From Paraspadella gotoi (taxonomy: Eukaryota; Animalia; Chaetognatha): 15,354 bases of DNA. The notes beneath the pieces are model-generated. The model did no database searches. It saw nothing but the letters and a program-made list of their open reading frames with translations, and was not told the DNA's origin. Numbering within the stretch: position 1 is the first letter of the stretch; the number at the start of each line of letters is the position of its first letter. Positions 1 to 10,205 of this stretch are shown here, piece after piece. The position numbers were made by a program, and so were the translations under genes. Location: the NCBI GenBank assembly GCA_051294375.1, contig JBJCIZ010000921.1, positions 1 through 15,354 on the forward strand, written 5' to 3'.

Positions 1-1880
1 ATATATGATTTATATGTCTGATAATATCATTTTCCAAATAACTAATTTATCGGTTTTGTTATCTCAAACTAATCATCCTTTTATAATATCATCACCTCTA
101 ATTTGGTTTCCTTAAATATCATATGTTTTAAATTTGATTTACTTTAAATATCATCATTTTTTAAGTAAACCGTAGTTATATCTACAAATCAGTTTTCTTG
201 TTATTAATATCATTTTTCCAGATAACTATCATCGGTGTTTTTACTTTAACTTCATCTCTTTTACTTAAAACAATCATACAACTCCTGCAAATTCAGGTTT
301 TCTCTTCCTTAAATATCACTTTTTTAATATCATACTTTATTAAATTATACATCATTTTTAAATTATTCAAAAGTAACTCCGCTAAAATCGAAGTTCTTTT
401 ATAAGTAGCTTTGCTTCCAAATTATAACACTATGCTATCGGTTTTACTAACTATTTCCTTTTTTAAATGATCTAGCCTATCATACTCCATAAATCGATTT
501 GCCCTCTTAAACTATCAATAGCTTTTGTGTTTTTACGATATTGATCATTTACTTTAAAATATCATCTATGAATATAAATAACTGAGAGGCTAGAATTCAG
601 AGGTTATCCCTTTTAAGTATCCATTTTCTAATTACAAATAATATTATAACTATATAATCGGTTTTTACTTTATACTTTATCATTAATTACTTCTTTTTTT
701 ATAAAAATATTATTCATCAACTACTAAATTAAACTCTAGTGTTTTCTTTTCTTTTTATAAAGAATAATTATACCCTATTCTTTTTTTTTCTTAATTCAAT
801 AATATCATTACTTGTTAGTAAATGAAAAATATCATCTATATTTTATTAGATATTTCATCTTATGTTAACTACTAAATCTGTTTCACTTTTAAATTCATTT
901 TTCTAAATAACTATCATCGTTGTTTTTACTTTTAACTATCTGACTTTTTAAATATCATTCAACTAATAAATTCGTGTTTCCTTTTAAATATCATCTTTTT
1001 TACTTTAAATATCATTGTCTCCTCTAAAATAACTATCATCGTGTTTTGTTTATCATTTTTAATTATCAGTAATTCTAAATCGATCACTTTTTAATAATGT
1101 TTTTTCAATAAACTATCGTGTTATTTTAACTCAATCTTCTATTTTTCGATCCTATCATCAAGGCTAATAAACATTACTTTAAATACTTCTCATATATCAC
1201 TTACTTTTAACTATCACATAAATACAAAATAAATGCGTGTTCCTTTTAGAATATATCATTTTTTATAATCATTTCTCCAAATAACTATCCATCCGTTTTT
1301 TTACTTTATCAATAATATCATATATTTTAAATATATGTACTCACTATAATACGTGTTACTTTTTAAATAATCATTTCTTCCAAATAACTGATCAATCGAT
1401 TTTTTTTACTTTTTTAACTATCATCCTTTTTTTAAATATCATAACTACTAAATCGGTTTCCTTTGAATATCATCTTTTTTTAAATATCATTTTCTCCAAA
1501 TAATTATCATCCGTGTTTACTTTTAAAATTATCATCATTTTTTATTAATATTACACAACTAATAAATCGGTTTCTTTTTTAAATATCATTTTTTCAAATG
1601 ACTATTCATCCGATTTTTTTACTTTTAACTATCATTCCTTTTTATAAATATCATTACCTTCCTAAATTGGTTTCCTTTAAAATATCATTTTTCAAAATAA
1701 CTATCAACGGTTTTCTTACTTTTAACTATCAATTCTTTTTCAATATCATAACTAATAAATCGGTTTCCTTTTAAATATATCATTTCTCCAAATAAACTAT
1801 CATACGGATATTGATCTATTTTTACTTTTTATACTTTTGACTATCATCAATTTTAAATATATTTCCAGGATATACTATCA
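1..1880. repeat. Satellite array, ~85-95-bp monomers (approx. consensus AACTCCTAAATCGGTTTCCTTTTAAATATCATTTTTCCAAATAACTATCATCGGTTTTTACTTTTAACTATCATCCTTTTTAAATATCATC), truncated by the window start
   Basis: AAATCGGTTTCCTTT, AAATATCAT and AAATAACTATCATCGG recur at ~90-bp spacing (e.g. ~1450, ~1563, ~1663, ~1757). Copies are noisy with many indels. Confidence 0.95.
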
Positions 1881-1981
1881 TAAATTTTTATTAATTTTGT
1901 TTTAATTCTTTCCTTAGTAATATTACTCTTTTCTCGTAGTTTTTTTGAGTATTAGGACACAATAACAGTTTATGACAAGCA

Positions 1982-4900
1982 TTAAATTGACACACAATTT
2001 AGCAGATCACTGTTCGGCTCTTCACTTAGAGCCATTTTTCTTTTATCCTTTAAACTACATCTAACTCCTTTAAAACTATCATCAATCTATAACCTATAAT
2101 ACAAATCACACTAATATTTCAAAAAAATCAAGTTGCAATTGGTAATAGACTTCATATATCATTAAATCAATACGCACAAATTATTAAAAAGCTTTGAATC
2201 TCTCGAAGATGGATGTTTATTCTAGTTACATAATAATGTTTCTTTAGTGCAGCTTCATTCATATTCATTTCATATACAACAACACTTTCAAATAAAGTCA
2301 TTTCAAACCATTATCTCATGTAGTTCTGGAGAAATAACTTTATACCATCAGTCAATATTTTTTGCTTTCAATTCTTTAAAGGAGTGAAGGACTGTTTTTG
2401 TTACCGACTTCTCTTGGAGGGAAATATCTTCTTTGTTGTGTTCTGAAAGAATGAGAAAAGTAATTCATTATAGGTTTTAGTGTTTAATGTAGTTTTAAAA
2501 TTATAACACACGCTAAAAATTTTATTTTCAACTACTAATTGTATTTTTTAATTCTGAAACTTGAAGGAAGAGTTTTTTTATATTAATTTTACAATGTTTT
2601 ATTAATATTACTTTATTTATCATTTTACAATGTAGAACAGTTTTTATTTTCAGTCAACGTTTTTTTTTATGAATCGGACATGTTTCGGTTCTTATTTTGA
2701 ACCTTCATCTGTGCAATGATTGACATTTTTTGAAATTGATTATTAATAATGAGTGAGGGAAATAAGAACTGAAACTTCTCCGATTCATAAAAGTAAACAT
2801 TGTTAGCAGATAATCAAAACTCTTGTACTCTGTAAACTAATTTTAAGAACAACAAAAAAGAATGGAAACTATACAATTTATTTATCATACGGTTTTATAC
2901 GATATTATTACGATATTTTATTAAACCAGGTTGTTAGTGTTTCTGACAATGTCACCAGTTAGATAGTTTGCATGACACAAATTTTACACAAATTTTACAA
3001 TAACAATTTTGGTTTCTTGCCTGCAGCAATGACACCGCTTGCTGAAGATGGAATCTTTGGACGTCAGTCAAAGATAATATTTCTCCCGTCATTCAAATTA
3101 TCTAAATAAAAAAATTGAATTAAATATTAGAAAAAAATTTAAAAGCGTAGGAGGAAGACAAACTTCTTAAATTTTTTAATATTCTGTAGTCTATACCGCG
3201 TGACTATTTTCAACCCACCACTAGAAAAATTCACCATGCATTTTTTCAACTTGCATCATTTTTTCAACTTTCATAATTTTTTAAGTTGCATCATTTTTTT
3301 TAACTTTTATAATTTTTAAAATTTTCATAATTGGATCATTTTTTCATAGTTTCATCATTTTTTCAACTTTCTTTTTTTTTTATACTTTCATCATTTTTGT
3401 TACTTTCATCACTTTTTCAACTTGCATAATTTTTGCAACTTTTATCATTTTTTCAACTTGTATAATTTTTTAAACTTGCATAATTTTTTAAACTTGCATA
3501 ATTTTTTTCACTTTAATTAATTAATTATTCAATTAATTAATTAATTAATTAAAGAAAATATTTATGAGTGAGCATAAATTATAAAAAGTACAAATAGAAA
3601 CTATAAGCAAGTAATGGTTTGCTTAATCCAAGTTAGTACTAGTATGAATGGGGCATGAAATAGTAATTTTGTTTATTTAATAAATTAAACGAATGAATGT
3701 TATTGATTTACTCAGTATTTCAATAAAGTTGAATTTAATAATTATTATTAAAAGCAATGTTGTTTATGGTAGTCTGTTATTTAAAACCTGCATTATTTAA
3801 GAACCAAACAACAAAGGGCAAAATAAATAATTGTGTTATTAATTCATTTATAGTACACACCAATCCCATGTAATGCAACTGCAAAGTATCTTGATAGAAA
3901 ATGCAAAGAAATACTTACATTTGATTATACCCAATACTAAACCAGATGATTAATCGTAATGAGAGTCAGAAGGCGTACATCACCTGAATTAATGGTGTTC
4001 TTTCTGCAATAAAGTTTTAATAATTAATAGGAAGATCATTTTGTATGAAGTTAGATTAATATGCAACAACCAAAAAAAGAAAGAAAATATAAGGATAAAC
4101 TGAAAAAATATTATTCTTTTTGTGTTTGTTTAGGTTTTTATTATTGTATCTTTGTTACTTTTTTATGAAGTTTTAAACTATTCTTATGATGCAAACAGCA
4201 AACTTTTAAACTACTTTAAAGCATAAAAAAATCTAAAAAGTTATACTTACATTAACGTTAAAATTATTTAGGTCCAAAAATAACACTTTATGTTAGAAGG
4301 AGTAATATTATTTCTAGCATCTAATGAAAGTTTTACCTAAATAATAAAATTTTAATTAATACTGAGACAGTTTTTTTTTTCAATTTACAAATATGCCTAT
4401 ATTTTATTTACTTTTTAATGTCACTTAATATTTAAAAGAAATTACACTGCAGACCATATCAAGAAAATCAAACAATGAAAACTATTAATTATGAAATAAA
4501 TAAAGTTTGAAAGAGAGATTTAAACAACGATTGTTTATTTCATAGTGAAACGGACATGTTTGGACTCCACAACGAACATGAAAGGAAAAAACACAATATG
4601 CAAATAATATAATTTTTTTGTTCAACTTATAAAAAAGGAGAGCTCCCTCATTTAATTGTCAACTAAATTCAGTAAACAATTCTTGCACAACTGACTTATT
4701 AGTAGCTCATTTATTCTTGTGATCAACGATTTCTATCTCCAGGGACGCGTTAATGTCCAAATTAGGAGATTTCTGACATTCCTATGTATATATGTATTCC
4801 AATCTTTTAACATAAAACTCACAACTCAATCAGGCAACATTGCTTGCGACATTTTTTAATTTATTAATTTCTCATTCCTTCTCTCTACTTCTCTCTCTCT

Positions 4901-5790
4901 TTCCACCCCCCTTAAAAAATGGTACAATTTTTTTCTAAACATTAAATTGAAATAATTAGAGATAGTTTTAAATTTTTTTTCTGAATTCGCCTATTCTTAA
5001 TTCGCTATACACCATTTTATGTTAAGGAGTGTAGCTAATGTGGATCAGAAAATAAATTCCATAAATAATATACTTCCTGGTTTATTAGGCCATTAAAGAT
5101 GTTTTAAAAATATTTAATATCTTTCTTATAATATGATATATCTTGTACAAATACTTAAAATAAAACTTACTCTACTTCGTTATTAACCATAATTCCATCA
5201 GCTTTGTCTAAGATGGATAAAAAACATATTTGGAGCTGATATATTTCTCTTAAATTTAAATTTCATTCATAGTTTTATTATGAAATAATACCACTGCAAT
5301 TTTGTTCATCATAGTACAGAACTGAAGAGACAGTAAATGAATACTAAATGAGGTAGTTATGAAAATGCAATGTTAACGTTTTGAGTAAAAAAATATGTAC
5401 AATAAAATAATTAAAATAATTGTAGTATGAAAAACACGGCCTTTTTTCACTGGTTTTCAGATTTATATAACTCGCATTAAAGAAATTTCACTAATTTTCA
5501 AATGATGTTATAACATATAATATAGTACCTATCAATTCAGTACTCACTGCTGAGAAGTACCATTTTCACTGGTCTGATTAGATGATATCCCATAGATGCC
5601 TAATGAAAATTAGTACATTAATAAAAAAAATTTAAAGTTGGTCTACAAATTCAGTTAAATAATACACTGTACCTTTTAGTATAAGTTCGGATCAAATGAT
5701 CCTTGTATACCAATTGTGTAGTATAGCGCGCCCACCAAAAGCATCACACGTTCAATAAAAATAAAGTATATTTTTATAAACTCATCATTT
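1982..5790 (-). CDS. Multi-exon gene for an unrecognised protein with an N-terminal hydrophobic segment (possibly secreted); frames broken by probable sequencing indels
   Basis: Coding-like blocks bounded by GT/AG sites on the minus strand: 5673-~5790 (..IYFIFIERVMLLVGALYYTIGIQGSFDPNLY), 5548-5599 (IYGISSNQTSENGTSQ), 5171-5248 (..LSILDKADGIMVNNEV), ~4696-4781 (ECQKSPNLDINASLEIEIVDHKN), 4251-4336 (VKLSLDARNNITPSNI..), 3919-3983, ~2913-3101, ~2151-2442 (HNKEDISLQEKSVTKTVLHSFKELK..). Clean terminal exon 1982-2086 (IDDSFKGVRCSLKDKRKMALSEEPNSDLLNCVSI*). Several donors are canonical GTAAGT/GTGAGT. Start position is approximate. Confidence 0.65.
2623..2836. mobile_element. Intronic inverted-repeat element (Penelope pLTR-like or MITE-like) with a hammerhead-like motif
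   Basis: Left arm TTTATGAATCGGACATGTTTCGGTTCTTATTT (~2666-2697) matches the reverse complement of AAATAAGAACTGAAACTTCTCCGATTCATAAA (~2760-2791). Weaker arm similarity extends out to ~2623 and ~2836. Confidence 0.75.
2677..2711 (-). ncRNA. Degenerate minimal type I hammerhead ribozyme motif
   Basis: Minus strand reads CAGAUGA-A-GGUUC-AAAAUAA-GAACC-GAAA-CAUG-UC: CUGAUGA core with one substitution, perfect 5-bp stem II, GAAA, palindromic stem III loop and UC cleavage site. Stem I is not intact. Confidence 0.65.
3235..3512. repeat. Minisatellite, ~19-bp unit CAACTT(G/T)CAT(C/A)ATTTTTT, ~14 copies, intronic
   Basis: Tandem units visible directly, e.g. 3247 caacttgcatcattttttt, 3418 caacttgcataattttt, 3454 caacttgtataatttttt. 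Confidence 0.9.
3513..3552. repeat. (TTAA)n microsatellite
   Basis: ttaattaattaattattcaattaattaattaattaattaa directly abuts the minisatellite. Confidence 0.9.
4509..4567 (-). mobile_element. Truncated single-arm copy of the hammerhead-bearing element
   Basis: AAACAACGATT..TGAAACGGACATGTTTGGACTC aligns with the left arm of the 9386-9572 element (AAACAACGATT..TGAAATGGACATGTTTCGACT). Minus strand gives GAGUC-CAAA-CAUG-UC, the 3' half of the hammerhead. Confidence 0.6.
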
Positions 5791-7361
5791 TCCAAACACT
5801 TTATGAAATTGAAATCTGCTTTAACAAGTAAAACATTGATGTAGTAATACAAAAAAATATAACAATTTAATAACCAATTATAAAATATTGACCTCAAACA
5901 CAAAAACCGGGAGGTTCAATACATGCTCTGCAGAGACTTTCTTTTGTCATTGCGGCGCACATGAAATAATAAAACCTTATCAGATAAATATTCAAACAGT
6001 CAGGAACTGAATAATACACCAGAATTCTTAAAATCTTTATTCCTTCAGACAAGCACATAAATGTCCCAAAATTTATGAAGTAATGAAATCATAAAGCTAA
6101 AAAGATCTTTTCATTTCAGTCCTATTTATAAAGTTTTTTTTCAAAATATTGATTAGATTTTTGCTAAACTTGTAAAGTTGTAAGTAATCAATGAATTACT
6201 CAAATCTTAATTTAGTAATCATATCATAAATTAACCAAATATCCCTGAAAAAATTTTCAGGACAGAAAACATTTTGTAAAAACTAATGTTGAAAAATCAG
6301 ATCAAAACTTGGAAATCCCATTAGGGCACACCTTTTACACTACACAAGCTAATTTTCATAAAAGTTCATAAATCAATCAAAAAAAACTCAAACGCATTAC
6401 TTTATATTATTAAATTCAAGTATTAGTTGTTAAGAAGTTTTTTACTACACTGTAAATTTTTAATTTAAATGATTAAATTTAATTAAGAGGTGTACGTGAA
6501 AAAAAATATGTTAACTAAAATCTGTCTTTTTTAGTGTCAAGTATTTTATGATATTGGATAATAAGCTAATTTTATAATTTTATTGGTATATAAATGAACA
6601 ATGAAAGTTTTCCTGGAAAAAACCAGTTTAAAAGATAAATAACCTACAAGGTAGTGATTTAAATCTTAGAAAAAGTATTTATCAACAGATTTTATAGGCA
6701 AAAAGTTATTAATTAGATTTTTATAATACACTAAATAACATAATTTTTTTCTCTTAACATCAGAAAAAAGCATTTTTGACAAAAAATATTTGAATACGCA
6801 TAATTTATGGTCATGATAGATTATTTTAACGCTGTAATTCATAAGCATTTAAATTTCATCGGCTATGGCTAACTAAATATGTTTATGTTCCCAAACAGTA
6901 TGTTAAGTTATTAAGAAAGCTTTTAATAATATGAAAACTACTATTTCTAAGTCGGGAAACCGTGCGCAAGTCGCTGAGTCGATCAGGGCCATTTATAAGG
7001 ATGCGTCGTATTATATTAATAATTAGAACAACATCTGGTCAATTATATTCGCATTAAATTTTTTTCTTTAAATGCACCCAATGCGTCACAAAATAAAAAA
7101 GATGAAGTGATACGGATGTTTTAAGTGTTTGAATCACTACCTGTACATACAAAAAATAATTTTCACGTCACTGAAAGCCAAAATCACTTCAAATGATTGA
7201 AGTTCAGTCACATTCAAAAGTAGAGAAGGTAATTTGATATTGACTATTGATATGTATTGTAGCCGAGTTTTTGTAAGTCAGTTTTTATCAGCTTTATATT
7301 TCCGATTACTTGATCTTCAGTTTTTTTTACGTAGATGACGTAATATCTCAAAGTTTTTATT

Positions 7362-8547
7362 CTAACTTGAGGACCATGAAGTAGTTTTGAGAACTTTGTG
7401 TACTTCTTTGATTATTTCAATTGATTTAGGCTGAGTAAAAGGGAGACTTGGGCTTTGCATACTTCTCAAATTTCCATCCGAGGTACAGATTTTGGAATTT
7501 TTTTCAAGTGATACCAGTCGCATTTCAAGTGAAGAAATTTTTTCCATGGCTGAGTCGAGTATCATATGAACATTATCTAATATAATCTTAAAATCCTCAT
7601 CTATTTTTCCGCATGTGGAGTATGAATTCTCATTTTCTGTTTCTTTTTTCTTTTTGCAACAAAACTACACCAAATTTTAAATAAGTAAACATAATAAAAT
7701 GGTTGTGATAAACATAATTGTGAAAACAATTACTTTTACCAGCTTTAGACAAAAAATATTTAGTCCCAAAAATTTCCAAGATGTATATTGAATTCAAATT
7801 CTTTGAATTTTTAGCAATTTTTGAATTGATTTTTGTTGAAAGAAGCTTAGTTATATCATATCAAATAAATGTTTCATGTGTTAAAAGACTGGATGAAAAT
7901 AAGTTGAATTCCGGTTTCTATAAGAGATAGATTTTCCAATTCTTTGACCAGTAATCCATTAAAGTTTGTTTTAAATTGCTGTTATTGGTATGATTTGTAC
8001 ATGCAATTTCTTTGCTGTGCAAACTTAAAGATTTTGTCTCATTGTTATAAAATAACTTTTTTCCTGACCTGGTTATCACTTCTGGAAACTCGTAACATAC
8101 ATCATTTTTTTGACTGACCTTGACAGAAACTTTTGCACATTTTAAAAGATATATCATGTTTCCAGAAAGAATAAATGTTTTTCCATTGCCATTTACTGGG
8201 TCAATATTTTGAACTGAAAAATACCCATATTTCATTACATTTAATAGTGCAGTTTCTCTTGACCAAGGATTTAGAAATTTAAATCCTGACAACCTAAATT
8301 CAAAGGCTGTGTTGTTCCCACTTCTTAAAGCATTACTTTTGGTCTCTTGCCCAATAATGGTGCTGTTTTGATCAAAACAGTTGTAAGCCATGAGACTGTT
8401 TGTTTGTAGAAAAAAATTAGCCAACAAAATTAGTTGAATAGCTATTTCCATTAAATTTTTGGTTGTTTCATGCTGTTTTTTGCTGCTGTTTTTTTTATGA
8501 TGAAGCATATTCATTGCTGAATGCCTCTTATATGGTTTAATTTTCAT
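7362..8547 (-). CDS. Apparently intronless type I membrane glycoprotein, shortened class III viral fusogen-like (herpesvirus gB / chuvirus G / nematode retroelement env-like); frameshifted between ~7920 and ~7660
   Basis: ORF 7918-8547 has a signal peptide from Met33 (ATG at 8451; MEIAIQLILLANFFLQTNS), then LMAYNC, then NIDP..GKTFILSGNMIYLLKCAKVSVKVSQKNDVCYEFPEV..LFY..LSLHSKEIAC. This follows the gB pattern GDVMAVSTCVPV..CYSRPLV..IEPC and the equivalent chuvirus-like pattern as I recall them. Five N-glycosylation sequons lie after the signal peptide. Downstream, with frame changes: hydrophobic VIVFTIMFITTILLCLLI (~7680-7733), then FCCKKKKETE running in frame into ORF 7362-7565 (cytoplasmic tail). 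Confidence 0.75.
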
Positions 8548-8804
8548 TAAATGTTTTTCTTAATTTAATTGTTTTTGCTTTTGTTCCTTTTTTTATAATT
8601 TATTAATACTCTAAAATTTACCTAAAAGACCAAAAAATATTCAAAAATAATCAACTGTACAAAAATTCGTACATTTCAACATAGCTTGAATGTTTTGATG
8701 CCAAATGTTAATTTCACTAATCACCAAATTAAAATAGGGTATTTTGCCACTTTTTTAGCAATATAAAAAAGAGAAACAAATAGTCTTATGCAAAAATCAA
8801 ATTA

Positions 8805-9995
8805 CAATTTTGGCTATATTTTGAGCCTAAGTAATAGTTTTTTTTCTATGAAAAGTTGAAAGTTTTTGCCAGAGAATATGGACTGGCCAGAGATTTATTC
8901 TTTGATTTTTAGTGGTGATCAGTTTTTCTTTTTGAGCCGATCAAAGGGAAGGAAAAAAATTGAAGACGACAGTTTTTAGGCAGCTCATTATTTCCTACAT
9001 CATAATTTTAAATTTATTAATTTTATTCCTATATCATTCCTATAATACAACATCATTCTCCTGATACCTTTTCAGTGGCACTGTTCCGTCCCTCCCTATT
9101 GGCAGACAATGGGAATTTGGAGCTTTTGATCCGAACAACTCAAAGAGAATTTGTGAAGGGGAGAAACGTTTTTTGATTGCCAGTTTTTGTTGAGGAGTTT
9201 TAGAAATCCTGAAATAAATGATGCTTTTAAGCAAAAACAACCTTACAAATATAAAAGTAAAAACTTCTGTCTTTCTTTTTTAGTCGGATCAGTTTATCAA
9301 CAGATTCTGACTCTATAACCCACTTCGTCGGCCCGTCGGTCCACCCCCACCATCTTGTCGGTCATTCACTTAAATCATGCTTGAATGAGAAAACAAAGTG
9401 TATTTTTGTTTACAAACAACGATTTTTAATTTTGAAATGGACATGTTTCGACTGTTTTTTGAATCTTCTTCATCACCTTGCGCTGAAAAAGACTCGAAAA
9501 AGATTTGAAACATGTCCATTTGAAAAAAAAATTGTTGTTTGTAAACAAAAATTAACTTTGGTTTCTCTCTCAATTTTAAAACGCAACGAAACAAAAGTCT
9601 TTTAACTATGAATAAATTATGCCAAAAAAATTATGTCTGTCCGTAAGTCAGTCTCTCCATCCACATGTCCATCCGCCCCCCCTTAGCAAAAAACTCCAAT
9701 TACTAGGTTGAGTGAATCGCAGATGCTCATAACCGGTTCAGCCCCTAAAAAATGCTCTAACGTCAGTTACCTGCCATGTCGATCACTGATCCATTTGTCA
9801 AGGAAAGAACGTCTTGTTTGGGCTTCAACAGATGTCAATTGGCTCTTTTCCAAGCCAAAAGAAGGGTTTGATGATTTTGCTTTTCTAAGGCTAATCCTAA
9901 TCATCTTCTTTCTTAACAAAATTGTAATGGTCTTTAGTATCTATACCATCTGATACCATGAGGGTTACTCCTATCTTTAAAGTTTGTAAATTACT
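8805..9995 (-). CDS. Spliced gene, probable BEN-domain DNA-binding protein
   Basis: Exon-like blocks: MIRISLRKAKSSNPSFGLEKSQLTSVEAQTRRSFLDKWISDRHG (~9771-9905), AEPVMSICDSLNLVIGVF.., KWVIESESVDKLIRLKKKDRSFYFYIC, ISKTPQQKLAIKKRFSPSQILFELFGSKAPNSHCLPIGRDGTVPLKRYQEND, EIMSCLKTVVFNFFP..WPVHILWQKLSTFHRKK. The last two fit the BEN pattern LL..LF....L..H.L.G....PL....I...V...FP...W..I..K. Gene ends are approximate. Confidence 0.55.
9386..9572. mobile_element. Intronic palindromic element (~88-bp arms, ~11-nt loop) with two oppositely oriented hammerhead-like motifs
   Basis: Arm 9386-9472 is the imperfect reverse complement of 9484-9572. The opposite-strand ORFs 9370-9594(-) and 9381-9605(+) share IFVYKQ and KIVVCKQK, confirming the palindrome. 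Motifs: minus 9473-9440 AUGAAGA-A-GAUU..AGUC-GAAA-CAUG-UC; plus 9483-9516 CUGAAAA-A-GACUC..-GAAA-CAUG-UC. Confidence 0.85.
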
Positions 9996-10205
9996 CAGCA
10001 CAAGTGAGCCTAAATTGTACATAGTAATAATAATATATTAGGCTAAAATTTCAATATAATTTTTTTTTCTAAGACCGGATTTTTTATTCACTGTAAAAAG
10101 TTTATAAAAGAAAGTATAATAATTAAGATTAAAAGTATAGTTTTTGGCAATTATAACCAACTTGATCAATATTTAAAAAAAAATTATATTTCGTTGTTGA
10201 ACAGG

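Noticed and set aside
198-404. ORF 198-404 (and 14414-14611)
   Set aside because: Both lie inside satellite arrays and are low-complexity chance ORFs.
2061-2085. Satellite-like words (AACTCCT, AACTATCATC) inside the terminal exon, suggesting the satellite arose from the exon
   Set aside because: The match is short and AT-rich and does not follow the monomer spacing.
2230-2360. Several in-frame TGA codons suggesting selenocysteine or an alternative genetic code
   Set aside because: Most arise from T|GAA in a shifted frame; a 1-nt correction gives an ordinary reading (EMTLFESVVVYEMNMNEAALKKH). TAA and TAG interruptions also occur in other exons.
6244-6261. Palindrome CCTGAAAA-AA-TTTTCAGG
   Set aside because: 8-bp, half-homopolymer arms are plausible by chance in AT-rich DNA.
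6666-6848. 60-aa minus-strand ORF
   Set aside because: AT-driven composition with no motif or convincing splice context.
9370-9605. Mirror-image ORFs on opposite strands
   Set aside because: They are a by-product of the DNA palindrome, not proteins.
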